The notes under the pieces are model-generated. The model did no database searches, was not told where the DNA came from, and saw nothing but the letters and a program-made list of their open reading frames with translations. The translations under genes were made by a program, and so were the position numbers. 64,000 nt of DNA, taken from positions 8,292 to 72,291 of the forward strand of contig CAINCQ010000041.1 of the NCBI GenBank assembly GCA_903847095.1, in the 5' to 3' direction. Of this stretch, positions 37,315 to 46,966 are shown one piece after another. The stretch comes from an uncultured bacterium (GTDB lineage Bacteria > Patescibacteriota > Minisyncoccia > Minisyncoccales > UBA5738). Position 1 is the stretch's first letter, and each line of letters begins with the position of its first letter.

Positions 37315-38550
37315 TTATGATTTCCGGCGAGTTGACCAATCAAACAAAGGTCGGACGGTTCCGTCGTAGCGTCCGTAATAATCGCCCCTTACCTCCGATC
37401 CGTCAAGAATCCGAAGTCTTAATACTTTATGGGTCATGCACGAGTCGATAAAATGCCGGCCGAACAGGTTTAGCGAAACGTCGAACCATCCGTCATTGAA
37501 GAAGTTGGCCGGAATACGGCAGACGCTGACGTATCGACCCTTGGGCATTGGTTTGCCGTACCAATTCGATTCGTGGTTTCCGATAGTTCCAAAAACGCAA
37601 TTTCCGCCGTTGTCGTAAAAGATAACCGTCATCCCGCAAAAAACATTTTCTTCTTTTGTTTCAAATTCGATTTCAATGTTAAAACTATCGTTAGTGGAAA
37701 GCTTGTTTACCGGTTTTCCCTCCAAGTTTTTGACCGAAACTTTTTTAACCGACGCCGATTGGTTTTGAGGCTCGGTAGAGCCATTGGCCCAGTCTTTGGA
37801 CATGATGGTCAGTTCCGTTTCAAAACCCTCGCTCACGCTTCCAAGGTAAGAATTGACCACTTCCCTGCTTGAACCGTTCTTTTTTATTTTTCCATCCTCA
37901 ATCCATACCGCCCGTTCGCAAATATTTGCCACTTGGTTTAAGTCATGGGAAACGAAAATGATCGTTTTCCCGGATTTCTTGAATTCGGCTATTTTGTCAA
38001 GACATTTTTTTTGGAAAGCGGCGTCGCCCACGGCCAAAACTTCGTCAAGCAAGAGGATCTCGGGATCCAAATGGCTGGCAACCGAGAATCCCAGGCGAAC
38101 GGTCATTCCCGAGGAATATTTTTTCACCGGAACGTCAATAAAGTTTCCGATATCGGCGAAACGGATAATATGACCGATCCGTCGGCTGATCTCACGCTTG
38201 GTTAATCCCAGGATAGTTCCGTTCAAATAGATATTTTCTCTGCCGGTAAGGTCGGCCTGAAATCCCGCGCCCAGCTCGATCAGCGAAGCGACTCTTCCGT
38301 TTATCGCAACCGTTCCCAGCGTTGGCTTGGTGATTCCCGCCAGTATTTTTAAAAGAGTGCTTTTCCCGGACCCGTTTTTGCCGATGATCCCGATAATTTC
38401 CCCGGCGTTTATTTCCAGGTTAACGTCTTTAAGGGCCCATATTTCGTCGCAAACTTGAGGTTTAAAAATACTTTTGAGAAAAAGCGGCCGGCCGCGGCTG
38501 ACGCTGTATTTTTTTCCCAAATTTTTTGCCTGGACCATTATCATATCCAA
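37315..38550 (-). CDS. wzt: Polysaccharide ABC exporter ATPase with C-terminal Wzt_C domain
   Basis: WALKDV, GKNGSGKST, ELGAGF..DLTGRENI, YSSGM, LLDEVLAVGD..FQ.KC; about 170-aa beta-rich C-terminal extension. Confidence 0.95.
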   Translation of the reverse strand: MDMIMVQAKNLGKKYSVSRGRPLFLKSIFKPQVCDEIWALKDVNLEINAGEIIGIIGKNGSGKSTLLKILAGITKPTLGTVAINGRVASLIELGAGFQADLTGRENIYLNGTILGLTKREISRRIGHIIRFADIGNFIDVPVKKYSSGMTVRLGFSVASHLDPEILLLDEVLAVGDAAFQKKCLDKIAEFKKSGKTIIFVSHDLNQVANICERAVWIEDGKIKKNGSSREVVNSYLGSVSEGFETELTIMSKDWANGSTEPQNQSASVKKVSVKNLEGKPVNKLSTNDSFNIEIEFETKEENVFCGMTVIFYDNGGNCVFGTIGNHESNWYGKPMPKGRYVSVCRIPANFFNDGWFDVSLNLFGRHFIDSCMTHKVLRLRILDGSEVRGDYYGRYDGTVRPLFDWSTRRKS

Positions 38551-39323
38551 TCCGCAAAAAACGGTTCTCGTTTTTTGAAAATAATAATTCCGAAAATAAA
38601 TAAAATCGCCGTCAAAATCATCGATGCGGCCAGAGCAAAGAAAGTCGGAGCATCGCCACCGAGCAAGGCAAAACGATAGAGCGAAATTATTCCCACCATC
38701 GGATTGGCGGCGTAAAGGTCAACAAAGCGTTGCGGTACCATTGAAAGCGGATAAATGATCGGTGTCAAATAAAACCAGGCCATAGTCAAGGCTTGGATGA
38801 TAAAGGAAACGTCGCGGTAATAAATATCCAGGCTTGAGGCGATCAGGACAAGGCCGGCGGTAAAGATGATGTGCAATAGGATCGCGAACGGAAGTAAAAT
38901 CAAAGGCCACGAGATGTTGGCGAAAATAAGAATCGCGGGCAGGAGAAGGGCCAATGACAATATCAAATTAATCGCATTTGAAAGAATTACCGATAGCGGC
39001 AGTATTTCCCGCGGAAAAGCCGCCTTTTTTATGAGATCGCGATTCGCGGTTAGCGATCCGGTTCCCGAGATTAGCGATTGGGAAAAAAATGTCCACGGTA
39101 AAAGACCGCAGAAAAGAAACAAAGAATAATTCTGAACCGGTATTCTGACGATTAACATGAAAACAACGCTTAAAACCGCCATTTGCAAAAGGGGGTTTAA
39201 AAAGGCCCACAAAAAACCCAAAAAAGCCGATTTATACCTCGTTTTCAATTCCTTGGTCGTTAAGGCGAGCAACAGATCGCGCCGTTCGTATAGTTGTTTA
39301 AAAAAGACAATAATCATATTCAA
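38541..39323 (-). CDS. wzm: Polysaccharide ABC exporter permease
   Basis: ELKTRYK...LG.LW..LNPL, YRDV, FYLTPIIYP, NPM, FAD.I. Confidence 0.95.
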   Translation of the reverse strand: MNMIIVFFKQLYERRDLLLALTTKELKTRYKSAFLGFLWAFLNPLLQMAVLSVVFMLIVRIPVQNYSLFLFCGLLPWTFFSQSLISGTGSLTANRDLIKKAAFPREILPLSVILSNAINLILSLALLLPAILIFANISWPLILLPFAILLHIIFTAGLVLIASSLDIYYRDVSFIIQALTMAWFYLTPIIYPLSMVPQRFVDLYAANPMVGIISLYRFALLGGDAPTFFALAASMILTAILFIFGIIIFKKREPFFADWI

Positions 39324-39592
39324 AACAAAGCAAACTTCATCATCCCTAAGGCTTTTTATTCAATTAATCGTAACATACGAACCACCGCTTGTCCAAAATC
39401 CGGTTTTTGAACCGTCAACAAATCGGTAAGGGCAAAGATGAGAAAATATAGGGAATCAAGCGGGGTTACGCGCGCGCGGATTCCAGCGATAAAAGATTTG
39501 CTTTGGGGAGGAAATCATTTAAACGTTCAAAGCCGGCGCGCCAATTCGCGAGATCAAAAAAATGCCGCTAAAAAAACGCGAGGGTTGTCGCG

Positions 39593-40243
39593 TTAATATT
39601 GGGAAAAGTGGACGTGGTTGCAATGATAACAATTGGTTTTTAAAAAGCAGGCTTCGATCGCCTTCCGAAAGATCTCGATTTCTTGAGGCAAGGACAATTT
39701 TTTTATTCTTAAGCCGGAAATACAGAATTCGATTTCGCCCGGTTTCCGGTGTTTTGGCAGGCTGCCGTCAAAATCGCCGCAAGTAAGGCATTGCCATTTG
39801 ATATCGAGCGGAAGTTTTTTAACGACCGGTTGATCCCGGATCCAGGCCACCTGATCAAGCTTGGCTATTAAATGCCGAGTGATCGAGATAGAGTTGGTTT
39901 TTCTTGACGCCTCGATCGAAACGATTCCGAGCGGAGCCGAAAATTTGGCGGCTTTACCGTGAAAGCCCGTAGTTTCCCGATCCTGAATCAGGTATGAGGC
40001 GAGAGGCGTGCCCGCGAGCGAGCAAATTATCCGGGCTTTACCCATCCTTTTGTGCGCACCGCCGATCTCGGATCCCGTGACTAAGAATTCTCCGTCCGTA
40101 GCCTCATCGGGAATCAAATATTTTTTTCCCGACCAGGGCGGATAGATGAGCATATAGTTTTTTAGCCACAAGACCTTAATGTCTTGTTCCGTCAGCGTTC
40201 TCCATAAGCCTTCGTTTTTTAAATGCCGTATGACTATGTTCAT
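39593..40243 (-). CDS. Hypothetical protein with CxxC and C-terminal CYHCxHxH putative metal site
   Basis: ORF with an upstream TTGACA promoter; Cys/His motifs. Confidence 0.75.
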   Translation of the reverse strand: MNIVIRHLKNEGLWRTLTEQDIKVLWLKNYMLIYPPWSGKKYLIPDEATDGEFLVTGSEIGGAHKRMGKARIICSLAGTPLASYLIQDRETTGFHGKAAKFSAPLGIVSIEASRKTNSISITRHLIAKLDQVAWIRDQPVVKKLPLDIKWQCLTCGDFDGSLPKHRKPGEIEFCISGLRIKKLSLPQEIEIFRKAIEACFLKTNCYHCNHVHFSQY

Positions 40244-40433
40244 CCCATTTCCTGCTGCATTGCCGAGCAGCGCGCCGCCGATTGCCGTTAACGGGCGCCG
40301 CGCTGCTTGCCAAGCTATTCAAAGTGCTGATCTGGTAGAATTTTATACTAAACTATTATTACCGATATGTCAACGTGGCGGTTTTTTTATGTCGAATATT
40401 CATAATTGACCTGAATAAAGAAAAAAAGGCGAA

Positions 40434-41093
40434 CTATGCCTTTTTTTTAAATTTATCCGTGTCGCGCAAGGAGATCAAAACCAAGATGATATAGAAGAAA
40501 GCCAAGAGACCGGCTAGGGCAATCAGGCCGACTGTAAAGATAAGGAAGGTAAAGAACGCGAAAGCACGGAAATTCAATCGCAGGATGTCGGTGTTCGGCT
40601 TGGAAAAGACAATCCGTTTATTGGTAATATTTTCGGTCCAGGCTATTTGGAAATTGTTGAACGGACCCCATTCCGATACCGGAATCGGATAGGATACCGT
40701 TGGCTCCGAAAGCTTCGCGATCATCAGTTCTTTTCCACCTTTTTTAAGGTACCAATATTCTTCCCTAATCCGCAAACGGTAAGAGTCTTTTACGAACACC
40801 GCTATCAAGGCGGAACCATTTGCGGCCAAGGCACTGCTTGCCCGTTCCTTGAATTTCTCGTAGCTTTCGTTCTGTTCCTTGCCGGTAAAACCGTACTCGG
40901 GCGCTTCGGAAATTTTTAGCATTTCTTTATAGTCCCAGCCGTAATTTGCCGCTATCAGCTGGCCGGTAGTTTCTCTGTTTAAATATTTGTCGGGTTCCGG
41001 ATTCATTATTCCGCCATATAAAACTTGAAAGGCGGCGGAAAAAACGACGATATATACCAACAAGGTTAAAATCGTTTTAGGTAAAAGTCTCAT
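40434..41093 (-). CDS. Hypothetical protein with N- and C-terminal TMs
   Basis: Promoter TTGACA-16-TATAAC; GGAG SD. Confidence 0.75.
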   Translation of the reverse strand: MRLLPKTILTLLVYIVVFSAAFQVLYGGIMNPEPDKYLNRETTGQLIAANYGWDYKEMLKISEAPEYGFTGKEQNESYEKFKERASSALAANGSALIAVFVKDSYRLRIREEYWYLKKGGKELMIAKLSEPTVSYPIPVSEWGPFNNFQIAWTENITNKRIVFSKPNTDILRLNFRAFAFFTFLIFTVGLIALAGLLAFFYIILVLISLRDTDKFKKKA

Positions 41094-41254
41094 TGCTGTT
41101 CACGCTCCCAATAAGGCAATGTTTCGCCCTTTTTTAAATGAAACTAGTTTGGTTATACCAATAATATCGAGGATGTCAATCAGGTTTTACAAAATAAAAA
41201 CCCCGGATGCGGGGTTAGTTTTCCAAACCGATTAACATATCGGAAAATCGTTTG

Positions 41255-41938
41255 TCAGTTAGTTTTTTCCGTCAGAGATTCTTTTGAAACCGTGGCGAAG
41301 GCCAGAACGCTGACCTCCGGCGTCCAATCCGGTCCCATGATGATTTTTTTGAGCTCCCTGATCGTATCGTCCGGAGGAAATTGTTTTTTGGGCATCGCTT
41401 CCGCGTATAGGCGGTCGATTGTTTCAAGTTTACCGAGGAACTCGTGGAACCAGAGCGGATTTTCGCACAGGTTCTCGGCGAATTCCCGAGGCTCGAAGGA
41501 AGCCAGTTCTTTAGTGATAGCCTTAAGCTGTTCATCCGCTGCCCGGGCTTTCTCCGTTGGAATAAAGCTGTTTTTGATAAACACTTCGAAAACGAACAGC
41601 TCGGCGAATTGATCGTCCCTTTTCAAAATTTCGCTCCCGGCTTCGCGGTTGATTTTCTGCGACAGGACTACGGCATCGCGATGGAGCTGGACCTGTTCGA
41701 TCTTAGCCAGCGAATCGGAGCGAAGCTGATCAATCTCATTTTGCCCTTCATCGGATAGGGCGTAGTTTGCCACCTTTGACCGTTTTAATTTTTTAACCGT
41801 TGCCGCTATGTCTTTATCAACCTGCTCTTTTAAAGCCGGAGGCATATCCTTGGTGCAGTCTTCATAAATTGACGGCGTAAAACCGTAATGCGCCAATGCT
41901 TCCGGCCAAAAATCCTTTTCACCAATGTCTTTGAGCAT
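41255..41938 (-). CDS. Hypothetical helical protein
   Basis: AAGGAGG SD; terminator AACCCCG-GATG-CGGGGTT near 41199-41216. Confidence 0.75.
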   Translation of the reverse strand: MLKDIGEKDFWPEALAHYGFTPSIYEDCTKDMPPALKEQVDKDIAATVKKLKRSKVANYALSDEGQNEIDQLRSDSLAKIEQVQLHRDAVVLSQKINREAGSEILKRDDQFAELFVFEVFIKNSFIPTEKARAADEQLKAITKELASFEPREFAENLCENPLWFHEFLGKLETIDRLYAEAMPKKQFPPDDTIRELKKIIMGPDWTPEVSVLAFATVSKESLTEKTN

Positions 41939-42023
41939 GATTCCTCCTTGTTAATTTGCTGCTTATATCCTACTTAAATTTTTCAGATCGTCAATATGGC
42001 GCGTCCTCTTGGCGGTTTGGCTT

Positions 42024-42347
42024 TTAAAACAAATCTTCCCAAAAGATCAGAATAAGAGATATCAATCCCAAAACCATTCCGGCTCCCTGGAGACGCGTTA
42101 TTTGCTCCTTATAGAAAATAATGCCGATCATAATGGCCAGAATAGCGCTAATAACCGAAAAAATTGAGATGCCGCGGGCCAGACCGGATCCGTATTTCAA
42201 CGAAAACAGCCAAGCCAGATTGGAGGCCAGATAAAAAATTAAGCCGCCGATCAAAAACCAGGACCGGCCGTTCAGCGACCATTCCTTGGACATTACGTCG
42301 GCGGCCATTTCAAAAACAATGACCAGGATTAAAAATATGATCCACAT
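42024..42347 (-). CDS. SMR/DMT-superfamily small membrane transporter
   Basis: 107 aa, 4 TMs, Glu in TM1, FYKE.IT..Q..G..LG. Confidence 0.8.
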   Translation of the reverse strand: MWIIFLILVIVFEMAADVMSKEWSLNGRSWFLIGGLIFYLASNLAWLFSLKYGSGLARGISIFSVISAILAIMIGIIFYKEQITRLQGAGMVLGLISLILIFWEDLF

Positions 42348-42362
42348 CGGCTGGATATCAGA

Positions 42363-43985
42363 CTAATTCAATACTTCAACATTTTTAAAAATATCTCCGT
42401 TGCTTTTTGTCGCCCAAAGCAGTTTGTTGCCGTCTAAGGATATGCTTTGAAATATTAAATCGTCCAATGATTTAACAATTTTTCCGTCAACGACCAAACA
42501 GTCGGACATGCTGTTAAATGTGTGCGCGAGCGCAAAAACCTTGCCATCATCAGTAATTATCGGTTTGTCGGCCAAATAATAATTTTGCCATTCCGGCGCT
42601 GGCTGGCCGTCAAAAAACAAGTTGTATCCGACAACGGTATCCATATCATCGTGCTTTGTGGTTGCGTAAATCAGCGAACCGCTGGCGCCAAAGCCGACCG
42701 GGAATGCATCATCACCGTCAATTTCGTAAGTTCTCTGCTTGGTTCCGGCAATCAACGTTTTTGATGACGTCGGGCTTTTGAAAGAACCTTTATCCCAAGT
42801 TTCCCTAAGATAGGAAAAACCAACCCCGCTGTTTGAATTGTCAAAAACGGTATAACCGGTATTAAAATCAATTTCTTCCCAGGAGGATTGATCTTTGTTT
42901 AGCGTGTCGGATGCGGTATGAATCGGTTGTCCATTAAAATAGAAAACATATTGTTTGAGTTTGCTTGGGCGATTTGAGAATTTGGGCCATTTATCCTTAT
43001 CGGCAAGTCCGGGAAAATCATTTTCACAGATAAAGAAAATATCACCTTTTTTGCTGAATTGAAGACTGTAGATGTTGTCGCAATTAATATCGGGCTGTTG
43101 TTGACCGTTAAGAACCAGAAATTGTTTTCCATTCTCAGTTTTTTCAACCGTAGCCGCGAACTTGCCGCTTTCATGCAGGGAAAGATTCCCGATCTTGGCG
43201 TAGGTATATTCTTTTCCGTCGAAAACAAAATAGTTCTGTTCCCCTTTACTAGAATCGCCGTAAAGGAGGTGCTGTTCGTCCTCGGTGGTTTTCGCTATCG
43301 ACACTTGACGTTGTTTATCTATTTCATTACCGTCCAAAAGGATGGTGTAGCGTTTGTTGGTTTTGTCATACATTCGGTGGAAAATATGGCCATTTTCGCT
43401 CCAGCCCGATTCGCGCACATAAGGAATCGGCGATTCCAAACCGTTTTTTACGACAAATGTTTGGTTTTCCTTGACTGCGATAAAAATCGGATTGTCATCC
43501 GCCGTAAAAAATAGGTCAAAAACCTGGTCGTATTTTTTACTTTCCTCCCCCGCGACGACCGCAAATTCCTGGCCTTCGGTTTTGGCGATGTAGGCGATTT
43601 TTTTTCCGGTGGGGCTGAAAACAAAGTTTTTAACATCGGAATAGGGTGATTTTACCCCGTTAATAAATGGCGCTTGCTCGGTTATTGTGTGTGAGGGATC
43701 CGTTTGCCATGGGTCAGTCGAGCGTGGATCAGTCCAAATATAATAACTTTCCATATTTGGTCCAAAATTTATTTTTCCGTCGGCTTCATCCGGCCAAATT
43801 CCGATTTTTTTGGCCGTGTTTCCCGTAATATTCTTTTTTTTGGCCGGTGTATTCATGGCTTCACTATTTTCCAAATTTCGGTTATTCAATGCGCCTTGTT
43901 CCTTTACCGAAAAAAAGTATAGCGCGAATCCCAATATTAGAATAAAAAAAACAACGATCAATCCGGCCAGAAGATTTTTTTTCAT
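42363..43985 (-). CDS. Membrane-anchored extracellular beta-repeat (TolB/WD40-like) protein
   Basis: N-terminal TM; repeats such as FVFSPTGKKIAY, FVVKNG, FVFDGKE. Confidence 0.7.
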   Translation of the reverse strand: MKKNLLAGLIVVFFILILGFALYFFSVKEQGALNNRNLENSEAMNTPAKKKNITGNTAKKIGIWPDEADGKINFGPNMESYYIWTDPRSTDPWQTDPSHTITEQAPFINGVKSPYSDVKNFVFSPTGKKIAYIAKTEGQEFAVVAGEESKKYDQVFDLFFTADDNPIFIAVKENQTFVVKNGLESPIPYVRESGWSENGHIFHRMYDKTNKRYTILLDGNEIDKQRQVSIAKTTEDEQHLLYGDSSKGEQNYFVFDGKEYTYAKIGNLSLHESGKFAATVEKTENGKQFLVLNGQQQPDINCDNIYSLQFSKKGDIFFICENDFPGLADKDKWPKFSNRPSKLKQYVFYFNGQPIHTASDTLNKDQSSWEEIDFNTGYTVFDNSNSGVGFSYLRETWDKGSFKSPTSSKTLIAGTKQRTYEIDGDDAFPVGFGASGSLIYATTKHDDMDTVVGYNLFFDGQPAPEWQNYYLADKPIITDDGKVFALAHTFNSMSDCLVVDGKIVKSLDDLIFQSISLDGNKLLWATKSNGDIFKNVEVLN

Positions 43986-44151
43986 ACGTATTGTTGTAAA
44001 TGTTTGTATCTTTGCTTAGTTTATTATTGTATTAAATTAGTAATCGATTGTAAAATAACTTTGAGTAAAGTGGCCGGCAAAAAAAGAGGCATTTATCTCC
44101 TGTTCGGCTGATATTTATTATCAAGAAAAATTTTGACGAGTAGCTTTAATA

Positions 44152-44640
44152 TCAATTTGAAACCTGGAAATATTTATCGGTTCCGTTCCAGCCGTCGGCG
44201 GACGATTGAAGGACGCCGGTTCCGCCGCCAGGCGTCGGGTTGGATATACCCGGCAAAGTCACCGGTTCATTTTCGCGTTCCAGATTGGCATAGATCGCGC
44301 ATTTAGTTCCATCTTCCGAAACCGCGTATTCGTAATATGACCTTTCGTTGGTTTTTAGCTTCGGATCGCCGGGAAGCGAAGCTAATTTTCCGGAATATTG
44401 CGGATATTTGTTCTGCAATTCATCCGCGAGGGCTGCCAGGTCGTAGCTTCCCGGACCGCTTTTGGGCATATAGCATGTTGTTAAGAACATCCGTCCGATT
44501 TGTTGCAACTCCGTTTTCCGCCGAGCGTCGCGCGCCGAGGCGGTAGCCTGGCCGTATACGATCAAAATGGTTCCGGCCAGGATGCCGATGATCGTTATAA
44601 CAACCAGCAGTTCGATCAAAGTGAAGCCTTGGTTTTTCAT
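44152..44640 (-). CDS. Type IV pilin / pseudopilin
   Basis: Class III signal peptide KNQG|FTLIELLVVITIIGIL, ARD.RR...L, DP, C..A.LE. Confidence 0.92.
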   Translation of the reverse strand: MKNQGFTLIELLVVITIIGILAGTILIVYGQATASARDARRKTELQQIGRMFLTTCYMPKSGPGSYDLAALADELQNKYPQYSGKLASLPGDPKLKTNERSYYEYAVSEDGTKCAIYANLERENEPVTLPGISNPTPGGGTGVLQSSADGWNGTDKYFQVSN

Positions 44641-44740
44641 TGTCGGGTTAATCAATATTCCAAGTTTATTTTACCAGAGAAAAGTTCAAAGCGCGATTGA
44701 AACTTGTCGAGCATAAAAAAAGCGCCTTATGGACGCTTTA

Positions 44741-45097
44741 TCATTCGATCATTAGTTGGTGTATGCGGAGCGCTGTTTGGCCGATCGTTTTTTCGCGGCT
44801 AAGAAGGGATACATATAGCTCTTCGACCAGATTAAGCCTTCGGGCAACTTCTCCATCGACCGGCCTTGGGCAAGTCATTCCCTGGATGCCCTGGCTAAGG
44901 CGTGCTTGAATAGCCGATAGCGATTCGGCTAAGAACGGGCGTTCCTCTTTCCCGCCTTTTAGAAGCTGAGCCTGCAGGTTGAGCGCCCTGCGCAAATACC
45001 AGACAACCGTGGCTTCGTTCATCGGGTGAAAGTCGCAAAGTCTTCCGGATAGCGGTTTGGAGCCGCTTTCGTGGGGACAAGGTATTATAGTACGCAA
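44741..45097 (-). CDS. Hypothetical protein
   Basis: Promoter TTGACT(45158-45153)-17-TATAAA; AAGGTGG SD before TTG; hairpin near 44719-44739. Confidence 0.6.
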   Translation of the reverse strand: MRTIIPCPHESGSKPLSGRLCDFHPMNEATVVWYLRRALNLQAQLLKGGKEERPFLAESLSAIQARLSQGIQGMTCPRPVDGEVARRLNLVEELYVSLLSREKTIGQTALRIHQLMIE

Positions 45098-45231
45098 TTT
45101 TAACCACCTTTGACTGTAGTGCTGACGTCTTTATAGATTACTTTTTCCATAAAGTCAATAGAAATAACCATTGACACTTGACCTAGAATATTATATTATA
45201 TAAAAATAAAACATCTTTAAAGGAGGATCAA

Positions 45232-45513
45232 ATGCCAGGAGTAGGAGAAGGTGAAAGGCTGAAATGCCCGGATTGCGGAAGGACTACCGATACGGAAACG
45301 AATTATTGCACGAATTGCGGCGCTGACAATCGGGGCCGCTGGGAAAAAGTGGTCGTTTCGGGATTTACGATTGTCGAGGTGTGTCTCGCTTGTCAGATGT
45401 GCGGAAAAGAATATTTTGATCTGGCTTTCCAATTCTGCCCTGATGACGGTAAAAAACTGGTGTTAAAGCGGAAGGAAACGGAGATGGGAATTAAATATCC
45501 CGGATCCAAATGA
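45232..45513 (+). CDS. Double zinc-ribbon protein
   Basis: CPDCG, CTNCG, CQMCG, FCPDDG; promoter TTGACA(45171)-17-TATTAT; AGGAGG SD. Confidence 0.8.
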   Translation: MPGVGEGERLKCPDCGRTTDTETNYCTNCGADNRGRWEKVVVSGFTIVEVCLACQMCGKEYFDLAFQFCPDDGKKLVLKRKETEMGIKYPGSK

Positions 45514-45601
45514 TAAAGGCTGGCAAAAGCCTTTTTTTCTTGATTCCTTAGAGAACAATAACCCAAACGGTTCGGTTTTTTTTCGGATTTAAGGTAAAAA
45601 T

Positions 45602-46966
45602 TTAGGTCCATTTATCCGCAATCCTTTCCGCTTTCAGACGCGCGCGTTTGAGGTCGAGCATTTTTCCCGATTTATAGACTAAATAATTTTTTTTTCCGGT
45701 GTCGACCCATTCTTCGAGCCGGATCAGTTGGGCGCGGAACGCCCAAACGATCAACAAGGAAAGTCCGGCCGGAATAACAAACGAATCGGTAAACGGATTA
45801 TCGCCAAAACCGGTTTTGGCGGTGGTGAGGACTTTGGTCTGGCCGTTAGAGACAATGATTTCGGCTGACCCTTCACTTGAGCAGCTGTTGTCGGAGCATT
45901 TGGCCTTAGCGGTGTTGGTAAGCCGGGTGCGGCCGCCAGGAAAGCGGTCGGAAGCCAGGATTTTGGCGGAATAAGTAAGGGACAAGGCGCTGCCTTCATA
46001 GATGTTTCCCAGCCCGATTCCCTGTTTTAAGTCGCCCGATAATGGTTCCCCGTCAACGGCCAGGTTTTGGATGTTATCGATTCCTTCGGGCGGGATATCG
46101 GTTAACAGTACGTCCTGTAAGTCGCCGCTTAAAGCTTTCACGGTAATCTTGAACGATATTTCATCGCCCGGATCGGCCGGAACCGAATTCATAAAGCCCG
46201 TTCCGCTTCTAAGGTTGCTTACAAGTTTTTCAACCGCTACTTTGCTCTCGTTGTTATTGTCGCAACTTTTAACGCTGATTGTCGCACTTTTTTTAATGTC
46301 TACCGAGTGACCGCTTACTATTCTGACATAGGCGGTGTAGGTGCCGCTTTCAGGGTAGGCGCAGAGGCTTTTTGCCGTATAGCTGAAATCTTTTGTAGTA
46401 ACGGTCTTGTTCGGGTCAACGTTGTTGTTGCAATAGAAATAATAAGTGTAGTCCTGGCTTAGATTATCTTGCGGATTGATTTTGGCCGACAGGCTTACGT
46501 TTTCCAAGGGCGTGCATCCATTATTCGGATCGGCCGAGAAAGCCGCTTGGTCGGTCCCGTCAATCTTCTTTTCGGGATTGGTTTTAACGAGAATATTGAC
46601 CGTATCGGTATTGGAGCCGCAGCGGTTTTCCGCTTTCAAAGTGCAGACATAATAGGTGTCCTGGCTGACTTCAGGCGCCGTGAATTCGGCCTCGTTAGAG
46701 GTTGCGTTTTCCACCTGGCCGCCGTTGCAGGTCCAAGTGTAAGTTAGTTTGTCGGAGCCCGTTGCCGATCCGGTAAGGGTTGCCGATCCGGACTCAAAGA
46801 CAGATAGGTCGCTGCCGGCGTTAGCCCGGGGTTCGTCGTTGGAAGTGCAGTCAGCGGCATAAACCGGAGTGCTCGCGAAAAACAAAGCAAAAGCGGCGAC
46901 GAAACCCCGTACCAGGATTACCGCGATCTTCCCGGAAAAATCTAGTTTACCGTTTATTGTCTTCAT
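45602..46966 (-). CDS. Cell-surface protein with PKD-like and DUF11-like domains and C-terminal TM
   Basis: Signal peptide, PRANAG.D..V.E...ATL, LTYTW, A.PGDEI.F.I.V, TNTA; C-terminal hydrophobic segment. Confidence 0.8.
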   Translation of the reverse strand: MKTINGKLDFSGKIAVILVRGFVAAFALFFASTPVYAADCTSNDEPRANAGSDLSVFESGSATLTGSATGSDKLTYTWTCNGGQVENATSNEAEFTAPEVSQDTYYVCTLKAENRCGSNTDTVNILVKTNPEKKIDGTDQAAFSADPNNGCTPLENVSLSAKINPQDNLSQDYTYYFYCNNNVDPNKTVTTKDFSYTAKSLCAYPESGTYTAYVRIVSGHSVDIKKSATISVKSCDNNNESKVAVEKLVSNLRSGTGFMNSVPADPGDEISFKITVKALSGDLQDVLLTDIPPEGIDNIQNLAVDGEPLSGDLKQGIGLGNIYEGSALSLTYSAKILASDRFPGGRTRLTNTAKAKCSDNSCSSEGSAEIIVSNGQTKVLTTAKTGFGDNPFTDSFVIPAGLSLLIVWAFRAQLIRLEEWVDTGKKNYLVYKSGKMLDLKRARLKAERIADKWT

